Part shown: one piece after another, positions 25,751-25,982 of the stretch
Position numbering within the stretch: position 1 is the first letter of the stretch
Layout of the letters: every line of letters starts with the position of its first letter
NCBI GenBank assembly: GCA_902766585.1
Contig: CACXDV010000148.1
Location: 1-25,982, forward strand
From: an uncultured Ruminococcus sp.
Lineage (GTDB): Bacteria > Bacillota > Clostridia > Oscillospirales > Acutalibacteraceae
Direction: 5' to 3'
DNA length: 25,982 nt
Notes under the pieces: model-generated
What the model was told of the DNA's origin: nothing
The model's database searches: none
The model's input: the letters and a program-made list of their open reading frames with translations, nothing else
Program-made: the position numbers and the translations under genes

Positions 25751-25982
25751 TGTTATCACTTCCGCTGTCCGTTTCTGCTGCCGTATCCTTTTTAGAAGGC
25801 TCCGGTATCAGAATAATGCTGAGTACAAACAATACAGCTCCGATAGTTATGCAGTAATCCGCAAAATTACAAACAGGCGGGAAAAAGCTCAATGAAAGAA
25901 AATCAACTACAAATCCCCTGAATATCCTGTCTATAAGATTTCCTATGCCTCCTCCGATTATCAAGGCTGATGCGGCATAGAA
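25743..25982 (-). CDS. lspA: Lipoprotein signal peptidase II, C-terminal part; runs off window edge
   Basis: FYAASALIIGGGIGNLIDRIFRGFVVDFL...VCNFADYCITIG; conserved lspA-rluD order. Confidence 0.95.
   Translation of the reverse strand, partial: FYAASALIIGGGIGNLIDRIFRGFVVDFLSLSFFPPVCNFADYCITIGAVLFVLSIILIPEPSKKDTAAETDSGSDNNE

Noticed and set aside
1-25982. Mobile elements, anti-phage defence genes, tRNA/rRNA
   Set aside because: No transposase, integrase, nuclease or toxin motifs, terminal repeats or structured-RNA signatures were recognised by eye; a covariance-model scan would be needed to exclude small ncRNAs.

Overview
Chromosomal, gene-dense window from a low-GC Firmicute; gene content and AGGAGG-type RBSs suggest a Ruminococcus/Oscillospiraceae-like Clostridia (inference). 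No rRNA, tRNA, CRISPR, IS or prophage seen. Order: partial rqcH, nif3, trmK, DUF1858 and an orphan oppA (all minus); a plus-strand operon of cytidylate-kinase-like protein, lipoprotein, 84-aa hypothetical and stand-alone GlmU-type acetyltransferase; an M3 oligoendopeptidase plus a MacB/FtsX-type ABC system with a ~330-aa coiled-coil stalk; ddh; a dlt-like acylation operon (adenylation enzyme, carrier, MBOAT, SGNH, HAD); pflA-pflB; a DEAD-box helicase plus lipoprotein; rluD and partial lspA. Best candidate for an undescribed system is the dlt-like operon. Its adenylation enzyme lacks the alpha-amino-binding Asp (FSMS, not FDxS), has Ala at the DltA D-selectivity Cys position and an extra Asp after GPTETT. 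Its MBOAT has a fused C-terminal Tyr acyl-shuttle motif, and it pairs with an SGNH transferase and possibly a HAD phosphatase. This suggests envelope acylation with something other than D-alanine.
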